DNA of 64,000 bases from the human T2T-CHM13v2.0 reference genome, Homo sapiens, in the NCBI RefSeq assembly GCF_009914755.1, contig NC_060947.1. One strand, written 5' to 3'. Below the pieces are notes generated by a model. It was not told where the DNA came from. It searched no databases and saw only the letters and a program-made list of their open reading frames with translations. The translations under genes and the position numbers were made by a program. Shown piece by piece: positions 56,979 through 64,000 of the stretch; the first letter of the stretch is position 1; every line of letters starts with the position of its first letter.

Positions 56979-57616
56979 TGTTGATGAAAAAACCAGACTC
57001 CAAAATATTTTAAAGAGGTTTGAGTCAATATGAATGACTATGTCCCGAGGAACACAGTCTGAAGAGATCCTGAGAAAGTGCATCTGCAGAAGTTAGATTA
57101 CAGTTTGGCTTTATACATTTTAGGGAGGGAGGAGTTACAGGGAAAGTCATAAATCAATACATGGAAGGTATATGTTGGTTTTGCCCCAAAAGGTGGGATA
57201 TCTTGAAGCAATGGCCTGCAGGTTATAGGTGGATTAAGAAATTATTTAATTTGCAGTTGGTTAAAGGAGTAAAGCTTTGTCTAAAAATTTGGAGTCAGCA
57301 GAAAGGAATGTTTTAAGATAAGTAATTCTGTTAACCAATACACTGGGTCAGAGTGACCTGTAGGGGTATGTGACTTAATCATTGTCTGGCATGGCCTTAG
57401 GTCCTGTTTATAATTTGGTATTTTATTGTCACAAAGAGTCCATTTAGTCTTATGATCTCCATTTTTACTAATTTTATTAATGCTAGTCAATTGTGCCTAA
57501 ACTCCAAAACCCATCATGGCTGGGAATTCAGGTTTTATGGTTTTTCTGGGGTCCCCTTGGCCAAGAGCGTGTCTGTTCAGTCAGTGGGGGGCTTAAGATT
57601 TTATATTTACTTTACA
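56979..57616 (-). mobile_element. ERV1 solo LTR (MER4 family)
   Basis: TG..CA ends, 4-bp TSD ACTT, AGATCCTGAGAAAGTG..TTTATACATTTTAGGGAG..GGGGTCCCCTTGGCCAAGAG. Confidence 0.85.
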
Positions 57617-57636
57617 ACTTGATAGTGTCACTCTTT

Positions 57637-58319
57637 TGTAGGGGTTGAGAGAAAGCTTTCTCTCTGCCCACTGAAGATTCACTGAAAATGAACTGACAAA
57701 AGGCAGATTAATAGGAGAAAAAGGCATACACATTTATTAACATGCCTAAACACAGAAGCGATACACAAAATATGAGACTTACAGAGGGGCCCTATGGTTG
57801 AGGCTTAAATACTGTCTTTATATGGGAGAGATGTATGGACTCAGGAGACAGACATTATTTTGTACATGATTCTATTTGGAAGCTAGATGGACAAGGTTAG
57901 GGGCAGAATTACATAGGAACAAAGATTGTCTTTTTATGCAGATAAAGCCCCCCTCCCCTCTAGGAAATCTCTTAGAGCTGCCCTCAGAAAGACAGATGAA
58001 ACATTTATCTCAGTGTGATGATGACCCCCAGTTTCTTCTCTTCTCTGTGGTTGACCTTTCCTGGTTATTTGATGAGATTCCTAGAGAGGTAGTCTTAATA
58101 CATAATGCATTTCTTTTGGAAATAAGCTTTCTTAGATAAGGAAATTTCAGAGAGAGTCTCCCCCAGTGCTTCTGGAAAGAGGATCAGAGAGACAGAAAGG
58201 CAAGGGAAGGTCAGAGAGAGCCCTTGGTTCTGAGGCTTATTTCTGAGACCTTTCCACTTTCAAAGTGCTTAGCGTCCTAAAGAGCCATATTTTGGGGAAT
58301 TATTTTCTGTACCCCAACA
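57637..58319 (-). mobile_element. ERV1 solo LTR (MER39-like)
   Basis: TG..CA ends, 4-bp TSD CTTT, AACTGACAAAAGGCAGATTAATAGGAGAAAAAGGCATAC..CCATATTTTGGGG..TTTCTGTACCCCAACA. Confidence 0.85.
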
Positions 58320-58647
58320 CTTTTTATTTTTAGCCATTCTGGTAAGCATACATTTTTATCTCATTTTAGTTTTAATTTATATTTATTTGAAGGCTGAAGA
58401 TGTTGAGCTTCTTTTCATGTGCTCATTGGTCATACATATATCTTCTTTTATAAAGTGTTCAAAAGTCTTGTGCAATCCCCACCCCACTTTTATTAGGTTG
58501 TTTATCTTCTTAATATTGAGTTGTAAGAGTTCTTTATATATTTTGAATGTCAGTACTTAGTCAGATATATGCATTATGAATATTTTCTAATGTTCAAAAT
58601 ATACCAATAAGAAAATAAAAATGCAAGTCTTTTATTGGAAGAAAATG

Positions 58648-58925
58648 TGGTTTCCAGCTTCATCCATGTCCCTGCAAAGGACATGAACTCATCCTTTTTT
58701 ATGGCTGCATAGTATTCCATGGTGTATATGTGCCACATTTTCTTTATCCAGTCTATCATTGATGGACATTTGGGTTGGTTCCAAGTCTTTGCTATTGTAA
58801 ATAGTGCTGTAGTTAACATACGTGTGCATGTGTCTTTATAGTAGAATGATTTATAATCCTTTGGGTATATATCGAGTAATGGGAATGCTGGGTCAAATGG
58901 TATTTCTGATTCTAGATCCTTGAGG
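58648..58925 (-). mobile_element. L1PA (L1PA7-like) internal fragment truncated at both ends
   Basis: ORF2 C-terminal peptide AALFTIAKTWNQPKCPSMIDWIKKMWHIYTMEYYAAIK; no poly-A and no TSD seen. Confidence 0.88.
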
Positions 58926-58929
58926 GGGT

Positions 58930-60330
58930 CTTTGCTATTTTTTTTTTTTTTAATTTCTGTCTGTTTTTAGATATTTGACTATGATGTGCCTGAGTGTGGT
59001 TTTCTTTATACTTAGCCTACTGGAGTTTGCTGAGCTCCTGGATATATAGGTTATTGTTATTCACCAAATTTAAGACATTTTGAGCATTATTTTTCAAATA
59101 ACTTTCTGCCTAATTCTCTCTCTCCTTGCCTCTGGGGGTCCAATTACATGCATGTTTGAGAGCTTTGCATTATCTCACAGGTCATTGAGGCTCTTAATTA
59201 TTTTCAAATCTTTTTCTTTGTTTTTCAGATTGGGTAATTTGTATAAATTTGTATTCAAATTCACTGACCCCTTTTTCTTCTAACTCCAGTTTGCTGTCAG
59301 GCTCTTCCAATAAGTAGTTTTATTTCAGATATTTAACTTTTAATTTATAGATTTTTAAATTAGTTTCTTCTTTATTGTTTTTATTTTTCTGCTGAGATTT
59401 TTCTATTTATTCTCTTATTAAAATCATATTTTTCTTTATATGTTTGAATATAATTTAACAGCTGCTTAAAAACCCTTATCTGTTAATCCCAAAATCAGAG
59501 TATACAGAGATATTTTAATATTGATTGCTTTTTTTCTTGATTTAGGGTAACATTTCCTTCTTTGCATATTAAGCTATTTGTGTTGCTAGATATTTTGGAT
59601 AATACATTGTAAGAAATCAATTTTGCATATTCTCTTCCTTTAAATAATGTTTCATTTTGTTGTAGCAGTCAGTTAATTTGCTGGCAGTTCTACTTGGTTT
59701 TGTGGAGGCTTGGTTATAGGCTTTCTTAGGGTGTGTTTATAGAGTAGCTGTAACCCTACAGCATGGACCCTTTTTTAATGCATGGCCTTTCTGTTGCCTT
59801 AGCTGAATGCTAGGAATTGGATTGGGGTCTTGTCACTCTGGCTACAGTGCCACTCTGATATTTTTTAGCACTGTGCAACCTCTAGAATCTCTGTTCAACT
59901 CTCAAATCCATGACAATTTCTTGTTGCTAGGTCTCACACAGTCGTGCCCCACACATCTATATCCTAAACCTTGGCCAGTGACTTATGGGAAACTCAAACA
60001 GAGATACCTGTGAACCCTTCTGCATAGCTCCCTCCTCTCCAATATCCTACCGTGAACTTTAATATTTATCTTCTCAGCTCAGCAGGACTGTCTTGGTCTG
60101 TTTGAGTTCTACTTTCTTATGTCTTTCTCAAGAAATTTTTCCAAGTCATAGAACTGACATGAATATAGGGCTCACTTTGTATGTTTCTTTTTTCTTGGTG
60201 ACCAAAGTCCTGTACTACCTATTGTTCAGTATCTTAAAACATTTTTTTTTACATCATGTCCAACTTTGTGGCTTTTCTAATAGTGGGAGAGCATGTTTGG
60301 CATTAGCTACTTCATCATAAGCAGAGGCAG
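58930..60330 (-). mobile_element. Ancient L1M 5'/ORF1 region
   Basis: TTTGACTATGATGTGCCTGAGTGTGG..TTTGCTGAGCTCCTGGAT..CCAATTACATGCATGTT..TTCAAATTCACTGA, typical of the L1ME ORF1 region. Confidence 0.6.
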
Positions 60331-60378
60331 AAATCTCCCTGCATTTTTATGCTTTAGCAAATTTGTTTCCAATTATTG

Positions 60379-60407
60379 TTAGTAGTAGTAGTAGTAGTAG
60401 TAGTAGT
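60379..60407. repeat. (TAG)n microsatellite
   Basis: Directly visible. Confidence 0.9.
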
Positions 60408-60676
60408 CACCCATTTAACAAATTAGGAGATGTTACATGAATGAGCTAGGATTCAAACCTAGGCCTTCCAGTTCTAAACCCCTGTGTTTTCCATTACATT
60501 GTGCTGTCTTTCCATTTAAGTCATTTTCTAGTTTTAATTTAATAGGTGCTGAAGATCTACCATTATACCCCAATTTCTTGCCCTATGATCTAGCACAAAA
60601 ATCTAAAGATTTCAGTGTCTTAATATACTTTTAAAAATGTAAATATCCATAAATGTAGTTACAAATAATATAGCAG

Positions 60677-61115
60677 TGTCAGAAACATTTGAACCAGAGT
60701 GACTCCATTTTGAGTGAGGGCTAGGAAAATGAGGCTGGGACTTGCTGGGCTGCATTCCCAGAAATTTAGGTATTCCTATCTTCTTGATGTTTATGGTTAA
60801 GGGAACAGATTGATAATGTTTACTAAACAGACCCAGACTTGGGAATGTCCAGATATCCCAATATCTCAAGAAGAAAGGCATTCCTAATTTTGCTTTAAAG
60901 ATACTAATAATGATTCTTGCAAAATATAATAATTAAGAAAATTAATCCTTTATCACTTGTACCTAGGGTGGACGCATTCCTCCTCTTACTTTCAGGAATG
61001 CCCACACTCTGTATGGAGTAGATGTTCTTTCACTACTTTACTTTCTTAATAATCTTGCTTTTGTTTTGCACTGTGGACTCGCCCTGAATTCTTTCTTGCA
61101 TGAGACCCTGTAACA
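60677..61115 (+). repeat. 5' LTR of the MER41 family (MER41C/D-like)
   Basis: TGTCAGAAACATTTGAACCAGAGTGACTCCATTTTGAG start, ..CCTGTAACA end, followed by the PBS-like TGGTGAACCACGGAAGGGAC (61122-61141, tRNA-Arg-like). Confidence 0.8.
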
Positions 61116-61204
61116 TCTTTCTGGTGAACCACGGAAGGGACGATACTGAAGAGACCCCCAACTGAAAGGAAAATCATCTGTGTGCACCAGTTGGCTGAAT
61201 TTGG

Positions 61205-63796
61205 GGCACTATTATTCAATATGTAGATGATCTGTTGATTGCTAGCCCAACCAGAAGAGACTCAGATGAAAATACCAACAGGTTTCTAAATTTTCTGGTA
61301 GCTAATGGGTATAGTGTCTCATGGCATAAAGCCCAGTTTTCAACTCAAGAGGGTAAATACTTAGGATTTGTCCTAACCCTTGGCACCTGAGCAGTAGTGC
61401 CAGAATAAAGTGAAGCTATCTTAAGTATTCCACAACCCCAAACTAGAAAGCAGCTGTGGGTTTTCCTAGGGATGGCAGGATTCTGCCATTTATGGTTGCC
61501 TGGATTTGGACATATAGCCAAGCCTTTATATGAGGCTCTGAAAGGAGCAGATGTAGATCCTTTTGAATGGGATAGTAACTGTAAACAAGGTTTTAATGCT
61601 CTCAAGGAGAAATTGGGATCAGCTCCAGCCCTACGAATTCCTAATCTTGATAAGCCACTTTTCCTTTATGTGGCTGAAAAACAAGGAACCACCCTAGGTG
61701 TCCTTGTATAGGAGATGGGAGATATTCTCTAACAGTGGCATATTTTTCTAAGCAATTAGACCATGTAACTTCAGGATGGCCTGGATGCCTCAGGGCAGTG
61801 GCAGCAACTGCTCATTTAGTAGATGAAACCAATAAACTGGTTTTAGGAAAATATCTGGAGGTTTTAACCCCACACCAAGTACAAGGAATCCTAGAAGCCA
61901 AAGGACACCAGTGGATGACAGGGGGATGCTTATTGAAATATCAGGCTTTGTTGCTAGACACTCCTGATGTAACTCTTAAAGTATGCCAGACTTTGAATTC
62001 AGCTACCTATTTACCTGAACCCACAGGCACCCTACCCTAGATCATTCTTGTATACAAGTTATGGAGCAAGTTTACTCCAGCTGGCTGCATTTAAAGGATG
62101 AGCCTCTATGTAATCCTGAGGTAGAATGATTTACAGATGGAAGTAGCTTTGTGCACCAGGGAAACAGGAAACCTGGATATGAGTCAACACGAGGTAATTG
62201 AATCTCAGGCCTTACCAGCTTCTACCTCAGCTCAAAAGACAGAATTAATAGCTCTTATTAGAGCCCTGAAATTGGGAAAGGACTTAAGAATCAACATTTA
62301 CAATGATTCTAAGTATGCCTTTCTGGTACTTAATGCTCATGCTGCTGATCTGGAAGGAATGAAAACTCCTAACTGCTAAGGGTTCCCCTATAAAACATCA
62401 CTTAGAAATTCTGAATCTATTCGATGCTGTTTTGCTTCCCAAGGAAGTAGCTGTAATCCATTGCAGAGGGCATCAAAAAGGAGACTCTACTGTAGCTAAG
62501 GGAAACTCCTTTGCAGATGCAGCAGCTAAGGCAGCAGCATTAAAGGAGCCATTTGGACTTGTTGGGATGTTAGTGCCTTCAGCCATAGTAATGACAGAAC
62601 CAAGATATACTACAAAGGAACAAGAATGGGCTAAAGGTCAGGGTTTAATTTGAGATTCTTCTGGCTGGCTTATCAATGACAACAAACTGTTGATACCTGG
62701 TATTAATCAGTGGAAAATAGTTAAGCATTTATATGACCCTACTCATTTAGGAAGAGATTTCCTGTTTCAATTGATGTCTTGGCTTTTTATTAAAAAAGGC
62801 TTACTTAAAACAGTAAAGCAGGTAACTTAGGCCTGTGAACTAAGTGCCCAGAATAACCCAAATAACCAATCTTTGCCTCCTCCTTTAGTAAGGCCTGTTC
62901 AGCATTGGGGAACATACCCTAGTGAAGATTGGCAAATAGATTATACTCAGATGCCCCCATGTAAATGGTTTAAATATTTGCTAACACTTGTTGACACCTT
63001 TACTGGTTGGAACGAGGCTTTTCACACCGGGTCTGAAAAGGCAATTGAGGTTTCTAAACTCCTATTAAAGGAAATAATTCCTAAATTTGGGCTGCTTAAG
63101 AGCTTACAGAGCAATAATGGTCCATCTTTTATAGTGAAAATTACCCAAAACATATCTTCAGCCCTAGAAATTCAGTACTGCCTTCACTTGGCATGGAGGC
63201 CACAGTCTTCAGTGAAAGTAGAAAGGCTAATTAAACTCTTAAAAGGACTCTTGCTAAACTATGCCAAGGAACATCAGGAGCTTGGCTATCTTTATTGCCT
63301 GTAGCCTTGTTACGGGTTTGAGTGGCTCCTAAGGGAAATCTGCAGCTCAGCCCTTTTGAAATAATGTATGGAAAGCCTTTCGTAACTACAGACCTCCTAA
63401 TAGGTATAGATACTTTCAAGCTACAGAATTATGTAATCAACTTAGGACAAGTGCAAAAGGTGCCCTTGAGTATGGAAATCAAAGACTTCCTTCCACTACT
63501 AAGGAAGAGACTCTTGTTACAACCCTGCTGGGGGATTGAGTCCTATTAAAAACTTGGAAGGAAGGATCCCCAGCAGATCAACTTTCCCCAAAATGGAAGG
63601 GGCCCTATCAAGTTCTCCTTAGTACCCCAGCTGTAAACTACTAGAAATAAACAGCTGGGTCCACTTATCTCAAATTAAACCTGTCTCTTATGAAGTCCCA
63701 CAGGCTGACAAAACACCAGAGACTGATCCCATTTATTCCTGTGAGCCAACCAGTGACCTCCAACTCCTGTTTAGAAGAATCGAAAGGGATGCGTAA
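61205..63796 (+). pseudogene. pol: pol remnant (RT C-half, RNase H, integrase), disrupted
   Basis: IQYVDDLLIA (YVDD at 61220-61231), FLGMAGFC, AYFSKQLD..GWPGCLRAVAA, TSAQKTELIAL, WQIDYTQMPP; many stops and frameshifts. Confidence 0.9.
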
Positions 63797-64000
63797 CACA
63801 AAGATATGGATTGGCATTCTACTTTTGGGTATAAGTTGGAATCATGCAAAGAGTAACTTATTTACTGAGTGGGCAAAGACTTTAGCCTCTCTACATAGTC
63901 AGACAAACTGTTGGGTGTGTGGAGAATTGCCACTTTCCTCCACTTCCGGGTTGCCCTGGCATATTCAACAAGCCAACCTAAGTTTATGGGGATTTTATTA
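63690..64000 (+). CDS. env: env N-terminus, frame open to the window end (coding status unknown)
   Basis: ATG at 63690 and 63789; MRNTKIWIGILLLGISWNHAKSNLFTEWAKTLASLHSQTNCWVCGELPLSSTSGLPW = hydrophobic signal + gamma-type CXXC. Confidence 0.6.
   Translation, partial: MKSHRLTKHQRLIPFIPVSQPVTSNSCLEESKGMRNTKIWIGILLLGISWNHAKSNLFTEWAKTLASLHSQTNCWVCGELPLSSTSGLPWHIQQANLSLWGFY

Larger units (their letters stand above)
56300..58595 (-). mobile_element. L1ME-type LINE 3' region interrupted by two solo LTRs
   Basis: AACTTTATTGAGGTA..CCATTTTAAGTGTACAGTTCAAT end; continues across both LTR insertions (..TTTAGCCATTCTGGT..GTTGAGCTTCTTTTCATGTGCTCATTGG). Confidence 0.75.
60677..64000 (+). mobile_element. ERV1 provirus (MER41-LTR, PRIMA41-like) with gag/pro deleted; continues past the window end
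   Basis: LTR + PBS, then directly RT YVDD, RNase H, integrase and the env start. Confidence 0.85.

Overview
This is primate (human-like, catarrhine) genomic DNA dominated by transposable elements. It contains AluY/AluS, L1PA4/L1PA5 and older L1s, MIR, L2, CR1 and hAT/Tigger fossils. I recognise no intact cellular protein-coding gene, tRNA or rRNA. The main landmarks are: (1) an 8.1-kb ERV9/LTR12 provirus (14986-23109, CTAT TSD) that lacks the whole RT domain and has strongly asymmetric LTRs; (2) an L1PA4-like element with both ends intact (24308-29119, 13-bp TSD), in which a ~1.3-kb internal deletion fuses ORF1p residues 1-160 in frame to ORF2p just after the endonuclease domain; (3) a ~630-bp TA-rich fold-back structure inside an L1MA 3' end, containing a perfect 100-bp palindrome (55672-55771); (4) two ERV1 solo LTRs inserted ~20 bp apart; (5) a MER41-family provirus lacking gag/pro, whose env frame is still open at the window edge. 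I see no convincing evidence for a new biological system; the best leads are rearranged or potentially co-opted mobile elements and a weak lncRNA-like promoter/exon signal. Subfamily names come from my recall of consensus sequences, not from a search, and the ends of old repeats are approximate.
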